DNA of 64,000 nt from Burkholderiales bacterium. GTDB taxonomy: Bacteria > Pseudomonadota > Gammaproteobacteria > Burkholderiales > SG8-41. Under the pieces are notes generated by a model, which had not been told where the DNA came from, made no database searches, and saw only the letters and a program-made list of their open reading frames with translations. Position 1 is the stretch's first letter. Each line of letters begins with the position of its first letter. Below are positions 10,750-20,069 of this stretch, one piece after another. Where the stretch lies: assembly GCA_019744975.1 (NCBI GenBank), contig JAIETP010000015.1, positions 56,929 to 120,928 of the forward strand. Reading direction: 5' to 3'. The translations under genes and the position numbers were made by a program.

Positions 10750-12339
10750 TTATCCGTGCGCAGGCAAGCGAAAAACAGATTTGTCCTGCTCACCGAGTTG
10801 CGCCATCAGGCCGGTTTCCCAGGCCAGGTACTGCTTCATCGCGGCGCGGTTGCCGGCATGGCGGTCATGCACAAAAAACAGGTGATCAATACATTCGCGA
10901 TCCGCCGGAATGTCCGCTGATGCCGCAGTCGGCTTGCCGGCCTTGCTCCACGCCGCAGCGCCACCGGAAAACAGACGAATATCGCTGATTCCAGAATCGT
11001 GCAATTCGGTCGCGGCAAGTCGCGCGACATCCAGGTCTTCTGCCGTGAGCACAATGGGTGTTTTCACATCCCGGGCATCGTTGGCGATGCGGGTGCGTAT
11101 GCTCCAGCGGCTGCCGGGGATATGTGCCTTGCGATAGGCCATGCTGGCGCCGACATCGAACACGGTGCAGGTTTTGGCATTGACGAGTTTCTGCAGTTCA
11201 TCGGCGCCGATCAACGGCAATTCCGGCAGCGCCGGTTTGGCTGCTGGTGCAGCAGTGAGTGAGGCTTTGACACCACCTTCAAGCACAAAGGCATCGCAGC
11301 CCAGTTGCAGCAACCAGCTGGCGACCACCGGGGCGCGCACGTTTTCGCCCCCGTCGATCAGTACGATGCGGGCATTGCGTACACCCACCCACTGATCAGT
11401 GGCCTGGATCAGCTGGCCGCCGGGCGTGTGTTGCGCGCCGGGCAGGCTGCCTGCGGCGAATTCCTCCGGTGTGCGCACATCGCAGAGATAAGTCGTGCGA
11501 TCCGTTTCCCTGAGCCAGCCGGCGACGTCATTCGCAGCAACCATGCGCACCTTGAAGCGTTCGATCAATGCTTTGGCCGCCTGTTGCTGAGCCGGCAGCA
11601 CCGCGGGATCAATCCTGTCCGGATACTGCAGAGCTGAACCGTATTCCAGCTGCAGGTCGGACAGGTACCAGCCTTGTGTGCCGTTTTCCAGTGCATAAAC
11701 CGGGTTGGGTATGCCGAAATTGATCAGGGTCTGCGCGCCGAGGATGGAGCGGGTACGCCCGGCGCAGTTGACGATGATTTTGGTTTTGGGATTCTTCACC
11801 ATGCTGGTCACCCGGTACGGCAGTTCGGCGTTGGGGCAACAGGTGCTGCCGGGAATGGTCATTTTGTGATGTTCGTGCACCGGGCGGCCGTCAAACAACG
11901 CAAAATCCTCGCCCGACTCTTTCATTTTCACCAGATCCCGGGCGGAGATCCGTGGCGTGTTGTAGGCATGTTCGACCAGTTCGCCGAACAGTTTGCTGGG
12001 TACGTTGACACCTTTGAACAACACGTAGCCGGCGGCTTTCCAGCCGCGTGTGCCGCCGTCGAGCACGGCAAGATCGGTATAACCCAGTCCGGACAGGCGT
12101 GCCGCCGCACGTTTTGCAATACCGGATGCGCCGTCATCGCACAATACGATGCGTGCGTTTTTGCGCGGCACCAGCGCTGTTATGCCCAGTTCCAGCCGGC
12201 TGTACGGCAGGGGAGTGGCGAACAGCAGGTGATCTTCACCGAATTCGCCGTCTTCACGGACATCGAGCAGGGCGATTTCGCCGCCGTCGTGCAGTGCGTT
12301 CTGGAGTTCGACGGGGGCCATGGAGCGGGTCTGTGTCAT
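10750..12339 (-). CDS. Multi-domain rhodanese-like sulfurtransferase
   Basis: 529 aa with several rhodanese modules, including a CAGRTRS active-site loop. Confidence 0.75.
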   Translation of the reverse strand: MTQTRSMAPVELQNALHDGGEIALLDVREDGEFGEDHLLFATPLPYSRLELGITALVPRKNARIVLCDDGASGIAKRAAARLSGLGYTDLAVLDGGTRGWKAAGYVLFKGVNVPSKLFGELVEHAYNTPRISARDLVKMKESGEDFALFDGRPVHEHHKMTIPGSTCCPNAELPYRVTSMVKNPKTKIIVNCAGRTRSILGAQTLINFGIPNPVYALENGTQGWYLSDLQLEYGSALQYPDRIDPAVLPAQQQAAKALIERFKVRMVAANDVAGWLRETDRTTYLCDVRTPEEFAAGSLPGAQHTPGGQLIQATDQWVGVRNARIVLIDGGENVRAPVVASWLLQLGCDAFVLEGGVKASLTAAPAAKPALPELPLIGADELQKLVNAKTCTVFDVGASMAYRKAHIPGSRWSIRTRIANDARDVKTPIVLTAEDLDVARLAATELHDSGISDIRLFSGGAAAWSKAGKPTAASADIPADRECIDHLFFVHDRHAGNRAAMKQYLAWETGLMAQLGEQDKSVFRLPAHG

Positions 12340-12391
12340 ACGTACACCCTGGATGCAAAAATGAACGGGGATTATAGCCGCGGTGCAATGC

Positions 12392-13132
12392 TCACCTGAT
12401 CAGCAGGGGCAGGCCGCTGATGATGAGGATCACCGCCACCAGGCGCTTGAATGCAACATCGTTCAGATTGGCGTGGATGCGGTTGCCGATAAAAATGCCC
12501 AGCCCCATCATTGGCAGCGCAACGGCGCAGGCAATCATCACGTCCCGGGTGAATTCGCCGGCTGCCATATAGGCGCCACCGCGCAGGATGCCCAGCGCGA
12601 ACAGGACGGCTGCCACTGTCGCACGGAACGCGTCACGGCTGTGGCGGAGGATGTCGAGGTAGATGGCGAAAAACATGCCGGCCATGGAGCCGAACATGGT
12701 GCCGACAAAACCGGCGAAGGTGCCGGCCACCGGTGTAATGGCGTACATCGGCAGGTTCACCTTGCCCGGCGGCCGCCAGGTGGCGAGCAGTGCATGAGCA
12801 CCGTAAGCCAGCACCACGCCGCCGAGGATGCGGGCCAGCGTGGCGGCATCCAGTATTTTGAAAAAATACACGCCGATCGCGACGCCCAGTGCGATCCATG
12901 GCAGCAGGCGCCACAGGTCGCGCCAGACGACATGACGGTGGTCTGTGCGCAGAATTGCAATCGAGGAGATCACGCCGAGAAAGGTCACCATCGGTATCAC
13001 GGTTTTCAGCGACAGCACCCAGGCCAGCAGCGGTACCGTCACGCCGCCGAAACCCGCGCTGCCGCGGATGGCATAGGAAATAATGATGATGAAGCAGAAA
13101 TACAGCAGTTCCGCGGTGGTCAGCGCTTCCAC
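12392..13132 (-). CDS. TauE/SafE (TSUP) family sulfite/anion exporter
   Basis: 246 aa polytopic membrane protein with a TSUP-like repeat architecture. Confidence 0.75.
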   Translation of the reverse strand: MEALTTAELLYFCFIIIISYAIRGSAGFGGVTVPLLAWVLSLKTVIPMVTFLGVISSIAILRTDHRHVVWRDLWRLLPWIALGVAIGVYFFKILDAATLARILGGVVLAYGAHALLATWRPPGKVNLPMYAITPVAGTFAGFVGTMFGSMAGMFFAIYLDILRHSRDAFRATVAAVLFALGILRGGAYMAAGEFTRDVMIACAVALPMMGLGIFIGNRIHANLNDVAFKRLVAVILIISGLPLLIR

Positions 13133-13148
13133 GGATCAGCGCAACGGC

Positions 13149-14582
13149 TTATTTCTTGTCTTTGACGGCAAGGCCACCGAGCAGGGCTGCTGCCGGGCGG
13201 CGGGTTCTTCCTTGCGATACCGGCGGCTTCTGCGCAACGGGACTGCCTGCGCTTGCGGGTTGGTAAGGTTTGCTGAAGTCGAAACCATCGCTGGCGCGTT
13301 GCGGTTTGGGCGGCGATGGTGAATGTGCCGGTGTCTGGGCTTGCGCTGCAGGGCGTGGTGTCGCCGGCGCGGTCTGCTGTGGTTCGCGGCGCGGCGCCTC
13401 GTTGCGCGTCTCACGGCGCGGACGCTGTTCGCGACCACGATCGAGGTCAAAATTGTCCGGAGTTTTACGCGGTATCGCCCGTTTCAGCAGTTTTTCGATT
13501 TCGGTCAGCAGCCGTTCTTCGTCCGGGCTCATCAGCGATATCGCTTCACCCGGCAGGCCCGCGCGTCCGGTGCGACCGATGCGGTGCACATAGTCTTCCG
13601 GCGTGTATGGCAGTTCGTAATTGATGACGAAAGGCAATTCGGCGATGTCGATGCCGCGGGCTGCGATGTCCGTGGCGACCAGCGCCGTGGTGCGGCCTTC
13701 CTTGAAGTCCGCCAGTGCCAGTTCGCGTTCGGCCTGGGTGCGATCGCTGTGGATGGCGGTGGCATTGATGCCGTCACGCACCAGTTCGCGGGCCAGCTTG
13801 TTGCAATCCTTTTTCATGCGTAAAAACACCAGGACCTGTTTCATGTCCCGGGAACGGATCAGGTGCGCCAGCAGCGCGCGTTTACTGGCGGCAGGTGTTT
13901 CGTAAACCTGATGTTCAACCAGGTCGGCCGGTGCGTTGCGTCGCGCGACCTCGATCAGCAGCGGATTGCGCAGCAGCTGGTTGGCCAGTTTTTTGATGTC
14001 CTCGGAAAAAGTGGCCGAGAACAGCAGACTTTGGCGTTGAGTCGGAATCAAGCCCATGATGCGGCGGATATCGGGCAGGAAGCCCATGTCGAGCATGCGG
14101 TCGGCTTCGTCGAGGATCAGGATTTCGACCTGGCCCAGCGAAACGCTTTTCTGCTGCACATGGTCGAGCAGGCGGCCGGGCGTGGCAATCAGGATGTCGA
14201 CGCCTTCACGCAGGGCCTTGGTCTGGGGTGTCATGTCGACGCCGCCGTAAACAACGGTCGAACGCAATTTCAGGTGTTTGCTGTAAGTGCGGACGCTGTC
14301 GCTGACCTGGGCTGCCAGTTCGCGGGTCGGTGTCAGGATCAGCGCGCGCACCGGATGTCTCGCAGGCGAGGGGCTGGAGTTCGCATACGGCGCGAGCAGC
14401 TGCAACATCGGCAATGTGAAGCCGGCGGTTTTGCCGGTGCCGGTCTGGGCGCAGCCCATGATGTCGCGACGTTCAAGCACGGCCGGTATCGCCTTGGCCT
14501 GGATCGGCGTCGGCTCGGTATAACCTTCATCAGCGACGGCGCGCTGGAGTTCGGGAATCAGATTGAGATCGGCAAAGGACAT
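13149..14582 (-). CDS. rhlE: DEAD-box ATP-dependent RNA helicase (RhlE-like)
   Basis: Q-motif, [15 protein letters not shown] and [10 protein letters not shown] motifs plus a basic low-complexity C-terminal tail. The start at MSFADLNL (14582) matches orthologue N-termini. Confidence 0.92.
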   Translation of the reverse strand: MSFADLNLIPELQRAVADEGYTEPTPIQAKAIPAVLERRDIMGCAQTGTGKTAGFTLPMLQLLAPYANSSPSPARHPVRALILTPTRELAAQVSDSVRTYSKHLKLRSTVVYGGVDMTPQTKALREGVDILIATPGRLLDHVQQKSVSLGQVEILILDEADRMLDMGFLPDIRRIMGLIPTQRQSLLFSATFSEDIKKLANQLLRNPLLIEVARRNAPADLVEHQVYETPAASKRALLAHLIRSRDMKQVLVFLRMKKDCNKLARELVRDGINATAIHSDRTQAERELALADFKEGRTTALVATDIAARGIDIAELPFVINYELPYTPEDYVHRIGRTGRAGLPGEAISLMSPDEERLLTEIEKLLKRAIPRKTPDNFDLDRGREQRPRRETRNEAPRREPQQTAPATPRPAAQAQTPAHSPSPPKPQRASDGFDFSKPYQPASAGSPVAQKPPVSQGRTRRPAAALLGGLAVKDKK

Positions 14583-14585
14583 GTC

Positions 14586-14621
14586 AGTAAAGTGCGCAGT
14601 GAAGTGCGCATGAAAGTGCGC
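14586..14621 (-). repeat. 3 x 12-nt tandem repeat immediately upstream of the rhlE start
   Basis: In gene sense: GCGCACTTTCAT GCGCACTTCACT GCGCACTTTACT gac ATG. Confidence 0.9.
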
Positions 14622-14865
14622 GGCAAAATGCAAGCAGGCGCTGCCCGGTAAAAAAACCTGCGGGGCCGGGCGATCATGGCGCGCGGCGCGGGCGCGCAAA
14701 GCCGCAAGGCTGGATCGACGGCGACGCCGGATGTGGATTCGAGCCGGGATGTGAACCGGAATATGAAACGGGGTAAATCACGCTGGCGGAGTATATCGCG
14801 ACCCTTGCCTGGCGGCCAGCCGGAGGTCAAAAACTTCCAAATATTCAAAAATCTGGTAAATTGTT

Positions 14866-15540
14866 GTGGCATTTCAACATGCGTCATTTCTGGATGATTT
14901 TTTGGATAAAAATCTGCCCGCAATGGATGGCTATCACCCGACATTGAATGATCCGGCGGTCACCCCTCCGTTTCCGCTGATCCTGACGCTGGACACGCAT
15001 GGCGTGCCGCATCGCTGGATCAGCTGGCAGCACGCCTGCTACTACTACGCCAAAGACCAGGTGGCCTGGAGCATGGGTAATGAGGCGTTTACCGTGCACG
15101 GCGGCATGAATCGCATTACCGGTGAACGTTCGATGATCAGCGGTTCCAGCATCATCGCCATCAAGGGCAAGGCGATGGCGATGAAGTCCTTCAATCAGGT
15201 GCCGCCGCTCAATAATCGTGAACTCTTCCATCGCGACCGCCAGATCTGCGCCTATTGCGCGACCAGTTTTACCGGTGCACGCCTGACCCGCGACCATATC
15301 GTGCCGTTCTCCAAGGGGGGGCGGGACACCTGGATGAATGTGGTCACTGCCTGCCGCGCCTGCAATGAGCGCAAAAGCGACCGCACCCCGGAAGGCGCAG
15401 GAATGGAGCTGGTGTACCTGCCGTATGTGCCGAACCGCGCCGAGTACCTGATTCTCACCAACCGGCGCATCCTCGCCGACCAGATGGAGTTTCTTGCGCA
15501 ACATGTTCCAGCGCAAAGCCGGCTGCACCAGCCGCGTTAG
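14866..15540 (+). CDS. HNH endonuclease
   Basis: HNH/zinc motifs CAYC..RLTRDHIVPFSKGG..NVVTACRACNERK. The start is ambiguous (GTG at 14866 or ATG at 14923). Confidence 0.85.
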   Translation: MAFQHASFLDDFLDKNLPAMDGYHPTLNDPAVTPPFPLILTLDTHGVPHRWISWQHACYYYAKDQVAWSMGNEAFTVHGGMNRITGERSMISGSSIIAIKGKAMAMKSFNQVPPLNNRELFHRDRQICAYCATSFTGARLTRDHIVPFSKGGRDTWMNVVTACRACNERKSDRTPEGAGMELVYLPYVPNRAEYLILTNRRILADQMEFLAQHVPAQSRLHQPR

Positions 15541-15560
15541 TTTGGTTATTGATGGCGATC

Positions 15561-15588
15561 GACAACGGCGCCGGCAGGCGCCGTTGTC
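15561..15588. terminator. Bidirectional hairpin terminator
   Basis: Perfect 12-bp stem GACAACGGCGCC-ggca-GGCGCCGTTGTC between convergent genes. It overlaps the stop codon of the minus-strand gene. Confidence 0.7.
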
Positions 15589-16153
15589 ATTTGCGCGCGA
15601 GTTGCTGCATCGCCGCCCGCATTTCCTCGTCCGAAGGCGGGTTTTTGTCACGGAAAATCAGCCACAGCAGCGCGCCGTTGACCAGAATGAACATGACTTC
15701 CAGGTAGAGCAGGGTTTCGACGATCACGTGCGCCGGCTTTTGCGAAAAAATGAAATAGAAGCCCTCGAACGTCGGGATCGCTGCCTTGGTCAGCGCAAAC
15801 ACGGATTCCATTGGCGGAAACAGCAGCATCAACACCAGATTGATGCCGGTAAAAAGCAGAGAGGCTTTCTGCAGGCTCATGTTGCGGGTTTTTATGCCCG
15901 CGGATTTGTCGCTCAGCAGCAGCCAGGCAATTGCCAGGTTGATCAATACCACGGTGATTTCAATTGCCAGCAAATCAGTATTGACAACGCTCATCGGTGG
16001 TTTGCCGGCGATGAAATAAAAACCGGCGAATACCGGTACGGCGGATGAAACGACGGAATACTGGTCAATCGGCGGGAACAGCGTGATCAGCAGCAGATTG
16101 GCCACGGCGACAGCCAGCGCAATGCTTTGATTTCTGTTCATGCCGGTGGGCAT
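15587..16153 (-). CDS. Hypothetical inner-membrane protein with an internal tandem duplication
   Basis: Hydrophobic protein with two homologous halves (LFPPIDQYS..FAGFYFIAGKPP.. and LFPPMESVF..FEGFYFIFSQKP..). The start is uncertain (16189, 16153 or 16141). Confidence 0.6.
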   Translation of the reverse strand: MPTGMNRNQSIALAVAVANLLLITLFPPIDQYSVVSSAVPVFAGFYFIAGKPPMSVVNTDLLAIEITVVLINLAIAWLLLSDKSAGIKTRNMSLQKASLLFTGINLVLMLLFPPMESVFALTKAAIPTFEGFYFIFSQKPAHVIVETLLYLEVMFILVNGALLWLIFRDKNPPSDEEMRAAMQQLARK

Positions 16154-16231
16154 CTCCCTCAATTTTTCGGAGTATAGCTCAACCGTCAATCGGCGGGTAC
16201 TGGTAAGCCGTTGTTTTTAAAGCGGCCTTGA

Positions 16232-17002
16232 TTAGCCGGTGCCACACCACGGCAGGGTCAGCGCCTGCAGAGCGGCGCCGGTTCGGGTGTCCTGGACAAA
16301 AACAGCAATATGAAGATCGGCCGTTTTCCATTCCCGATCCTTGCGGATGATCTGCTCCAGATTCAGCGGAGCGTCGGCGGTCACCGTAAACGGACCATAC
16401 AGTTGACGCACGACAAAATCGTGACGCAGACGTTTGCCACGGTTTTCACCCGCGGACACTTCAGTAACGAGATTGTTTTCGTAAATCGCAGCGTAAACCT
16501 GCGCCGAATTGGCCACGGTTTTGATCCTTGCGCGTAACCGCGGTTGTGCGTCCCCGGCCTCGATACGCATGCTGATTTGCGCACCCGCCGCTTTATTGGC
16601 GGCGATGCGCTGCCCGAGATCATCGCCAAATACGCCGCGCCGGTAGTCGGCCCCATCCAGCAGCAGTTGCGGTGTGTAAACTACCCGTGCCTTGTTGCGG
16701 CGACTGGCGTCACGTTGTCGGGCGCTGAATTGTGCCTGTGCGTACGGATCTTTCCAGCCGAGGTAATTCCAGTAGTCGACGTGAAAAGCCAGTGCCAGCA
16801 CCTGTTGGGGTGTGTAGCCGCGCTGCGGCAACTTGCTGAACCACAGATCGGCGGGCGGGCAGCTGTCGCAACCTTCGGAGGTGTACAGCTCGAGCAGGGC
16901 CACCCGGGATTTGCCCGATTCGGCGCTGCAGGTACTGGCCGCAGCGGGATGGGTGAGCATCAGTGCCAGCACAGTGATGATGAGCGTGTGTGATATGGGC
17001 AT
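16232..17002 (-). CDS. DUF1223 family secreted thioredoxin-fold protein
   Basis: Signal peptide followed by ..LELYTSEGCDSCPPAD.., characteristic of DUF1223. Confidence 0.75.
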   Translation of the reverse strand: MPISHTLIITVLALMLTHPAAASTCSAESGKSRVALLELYTSEGCDSCPPADLWFSKLPQRGYTPQQVLALAFHVDYWNYLGWKDPYAQAQFSARQRDASRRNKARVVYTPQLLLDGADYRRGVFGDDLGQRIAANKAAGAQISMRIEAGDAQPRLRARIKTVANSAQVYAAIYENNLVTEVSAGENRGKRLRHDFVVRQLYGPFTVTADAPLNLEQIIRKDREWKTADLHIAVFVQDTRTGAALQALTLPWCGTG

Positions 17003-17091
17003 GCGAGATAGTCGCGGCAGGCGGCTATTACTTACCAGACCTGCATCTGCGCGATTCCGGTGAAGTTTGGTATGATGCCGGCGATAATTCT

Positions 17092-17118
17092 CTAATTATT
17101 TGATTTTATTGAAATTTC
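17092..17118 (+). repeat. AT-rich dispersed repeat, core copy, abutting the trpH start
   Basis: ctaattatttgattttattgaaatttc, followed by tATG. Confidence 0.85.
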
Positions 17119-17119
17119 T

Positions 17120-17947
17120 ATGAAAGTTGACCTGCACAGTCATTCCACCTGTTCCGACGGCCTGCTGAGTCCGGCCGAACTGGTGGAGCGCGCCGTTTTG
17201 CGCGGCGTGGACATGCTGGCGCTGACCGATCACGATGAACTCGCCGGCCTCGCGCCTGCGCGTGTTGCCGCCGGGCAGTGGGGCCTGCGACTGATTGATG
17301 GTGTGGAAATATCGGTGCAGTGGGAAGAAATCACGCTGCACATCGTCGGGCTCAACGTGGATCCCGGACATGTACCGCTGCTGGATGGGCTTGCCGCAAT
17401 CCGCGGCGGCAGGGGACAACGTGCACAGCGCATGGCGGACAGTCTCGCTGCAGCAGGCATAACCGGCAGCCTGGAAGGCGCCCGCCGTTACGCCAAAAAT
17501 CCGGAGTTGCTCAGTCGTTCGCATTTTGCGCGCTATCTGGTGGAAGCAGGGCATGCACGCGATACCAATGCGGTGTTCCGCAGTTACCTGACCCCCGGCA
17601 AGCCCGGCTATGTACCGCATCAATGGGCCGCGTTGAGGGATGCACTGGGCTGGATTACCGGGAGTGGCGGACTGGCCGTGCTGGCACATCCCGGACGTTA
17701 CCCCTTGAACCAGCAGCAGTCCGAGCGCCTGCTCGGCGAATTTGTCGAACTGGGCGGTGCCGCCGTTGAGGTGGTCACGGGTTCGCACACGCCCGACGAG
17801 TTCGTGACCTGGGCGCGCTACGCCAAACGTTTCGGATTACGCGCTTCAGCGGGCTCGGATTTTCACGGCCCCGGCGAAGGTTATCGCGACGTCGGCAATG
17901 TGCCGGTGCTGCCCGCGGGTTGCGATCCGGTCTGGTCCGGGTTTTAA
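17120..17947 (+). CDS. trpH: PHP-domain phosphoesterase (TrpH/YciV, RNase AM-like)
   Basis: The sequence MKVDLHSHSTCSDG.. is a PHP-domain signature, and the gene is followed by yciO as in enterobacteria. Confidence 0.85.
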   Translation: MKVDLHSHSTCSDGLLSPAELVERAVLRGVDMLALTDHDELAGLAPARVAAGQWGLRLIDGVEISVQWEEITLHIVGLNVDPGHVPLLDGLAAIRGGRGQRAQRMADSLAAAGITGSLEGARRYAKNPELLSRSHFARYLVEAGHARDTNAVFRSYLTPGKPGYVPHQWAALRDALGWITGSGGLAVLAHPGRYPLNQQQSERLLGEFVELGGAAVEVVTGSHTPDEFVTWARYAKRFGLRASAGSDFHGPGEGYRDVGNVPVLPAGCDPVWSGF

Positions 17948-17979
17948 ACGGCCACCCTTGGCAGGATTGCCAGCTCGCC

Positions 17980-18603
17980 GTGTCGCAGTTTTTTTCCATT
18001 CATCCGGACAATCCGCAGCCGCGTCTGATCAAGCGCGCGGCGGAAATCATCCGTGCCGGGGGCATCATCGTTTATCCGACCGATTCCTGTTATGCATTGG
18101 GTTGCCATATCGGCGACAAGACTGCGATGGAGCGTATTCGCACGATCCGCGGTGTCGATGCCCGGCATCATTTCGCGCTGGTCTGCCGCGACCTGTCGGA
18201 ACTGGCCACGTATGCGCGGGTCGACAACCGGCAGTTCCGGTTGTTGAAGGCGATCACGCCGGGCAGTTATGTCTTCATTCTTGAGGCAACCCGCGAATTG
18301 CCGAAAAGGCTGCAGCATCCGAAGCGGCGCACCATCGGACTGCGCATCCCGGACCACCCGGTGGTGGATGCCTTGCTGGCCGAACTCGGTGAACCCCTGC
18401 TGTCTTCGACATTGCTGCTGCCCGGTGATCAGCAACCGCATACCGATGCCGGGGAAATCCGCGAACGTCTCGAGCATCAGGTTGACCTGATCCTGGATGG
18501 CGGTTCCTGCGGCATCGAGCCGACCACAGTAGTCGATCTGACCGGCGCAGCGCCGCTGGTGACCCGGGCGGGGAAGGGTAGCCTGGCGCCGTTCGGATTG
18601 TAA
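17980..18603 (+). CDS. yciO: L-threonylcarbamoyladenylate synthase-like protein (YrdC/Sua5 family, YciO type)
   Basis: ..GGIIVYPTDSCYALGC.. motif. A GTG start at 17980 gives 207 aa; the ORF track opens at 17920. Confidence 0.8.
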   Translation: MSQFFSIHPDNPQPRLIKRAAEIIRAGGIIVYPTDSCYALGCHIGDKTAMERIRTIRGVDARHHFALVCRDLSELATYARVDNRQFRLLKAITPGSYVFILEATRELPKRLQHPKRRTIGLRIPDHPVVDALLAELGEPLLSSTLLLPGDQQPHTDAGEIRERLEHQVDLILDGGSCGIEPTTVVDLTGAAPLVTRAGKGSLAPFGL

Positions 18604-18693
18604 AAATCCCGAAAAATCAGGTCTTTGCGCTGCAATTTGGGGCTTAAGTTAAAATTGGTTCCGACCTGGTGCGGTATCTACCCAACTGAAATT

Positions 18694-18721
18694 CATAACT
18701 TATTGTTTTTATTGATATTTT
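18694..18721 (+). repeat. AT-rich dispersed repeat, core copy, upstream of trpS
   Basis: cataacttattgtttttattgatatttt, followed by cATG (start of the uORF). Confidence 0.85.
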
Positions 18722-18798
18722 CATGCGACATGGACTCGAACACAGGATTTCCATGCCCCGCATCCGACCAGTCTCGATGGTAATTTCCGGAACCCTAC

Positions 18799-20001
18799 AT
18801 GTTTGAAAACCGCGTTTTATCCGGCATGCGCCCGACCGGCGCATTACATTTTGGCCATTACCACGGCGTGCTCAAAAACTGGATCAAGCTCCAGCATGAA
18901 CACCAGTGCCTGTTCTTTGTCGCCGACTGGCATGCGCTGACCACGCATTACGACGATCCGGCGACGATCGAGAATCACGCCTGGGACATGGTGGTGGACT
19001 GGCTGGCTGCGGGTGTGGATCCGGCACAAGCCGTGTTGTTCATCCAGTCAAAGGTGCCGGAGCACGCGGAACTGCATCTGCTGCTGTCGATGATCACGCC
19101 ATTGTCGTGGCTGGAGCGGGTGCCAACCTATAAAGACCAGCAGGAAAAACTCGCGGAAAAGGATCTGGCGACCTACGGTTTTCTCGGTTATCCGCTGCTG
19201 CAAAGCGCGGACATCCTGATTTATCGTGCGAACCTGGTGCCGGTCGGCGAAGACCAGGTGCCGCATGTCGAAATCACCCGTGAAATCGCCCGTCGCTTCA
19301 ATCACGTATTCGGCCGCGAACCCGGTTTCGAAGCCAAGGCCGAAACCGCGATCAAAAAACTTGGCGCGCGCCGCGCCAAACTCTACCGCAAATTGCGCAC
19401 CGATTATCTGGAGCAGGGTGATGCCGAGGCGTTGGCCGCTGCACGGGCGCTGCTCGTGGAAACACAGAACCTGCCGCTGGGCGACCGTGAACGCCTGTTC
19501 GGTTATATCGAGGGCGGCGGCAAGGTCATCCTCACCGAACCCAAGGCACTGCTGACCGAGGCCTCCAAGATGCCGGGACTGGACGGCCAGAAGATGTCCA
19601 AGTCCTACAACAACACGATCGGTTTGCGCGAAAGTCCGGAGAATGTGTCAAAAAAAGTGAAAACCATGCCCACCGATCCGGCGCGCATCAAGCGCACCGA
19701 TCCGGGTGACCCGGAGAAATGCCCGGTATGGCAATTGCATCTGGTGTACTCGGACGACGCGAAGAAAAAATGGGTGCAGGAGGGCTGTCGCAGCGCGGGC
19801 ATCGGCTGCATCGAATGCAAACAGCCGGTGATCGACGCCATTATTGCGGAGCAGAAGCCGATGCGCGAACGTGCTGAACGTTATCTTGATGATCCGACGC
19901 TGGTGCGCAACATCATTGCTGATGGTTGCGAGAAAGCACGCAAACTGGCGCAAGAAACGCTGCGCGATGTGCGTGAGGTGATGGGGCTCGACTACTCCTG
20001 A
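18799..20001 (+). CDS. trpS: Tryptophan--tRNA ligase (long form)
   Basis: HFGHYHG (HIGH-type) and KMSKS motifs; 400 aa. Confidence 0.95.
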   Translation: MFENRVLSGMRPTGALHFGHYHGVLKNWIKLQHEHQCLFFVADWHALTTHYDDPATIENHAWDMVVDWLAAGVDPAQAVLFIQSKVPEHAELHLLLSMITPLSWLERVPTYKDQQEKLAEKDLATYGFLGYPLLQSADILIYRANLVPVGEDQVPHVEITREIARRFNHVFGREPGFEAKAETAIKKLGARRAKLYRKLRTDYLEQGDAEALAAARALLVETQNLPLGDRERLFGYIEGGGKVILTEPKALLTEASKMPGLDGQKMSKSYNNTIGLRESPENVSKKVKTMPTDPARIKRTDPGDPEKCPVWQLHLVYSDDAKKKWVQEGCRSAGIGCIECKQPVIDAIIAEQKPMRERAERYLDDPTLVRNIIADGCEKARKLAQETLRDVREVMGLDYS

Positions 20002-20069
20002 ATTGCCGGGTAGCAGTCAGGAGGAATGAAGTGAGAAATGCTGTGGGCGGCGCCGTCCTGGCGCCGCGC

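Noticed and set aside
18604-18798. A Trp-sensing attenuator or T-box upstream of trpS.
   Set aside because: The uORF has no Trp codons. No T-box specifier or antiterminator architecture is visible, and no terminator/antiterminator pair is present.
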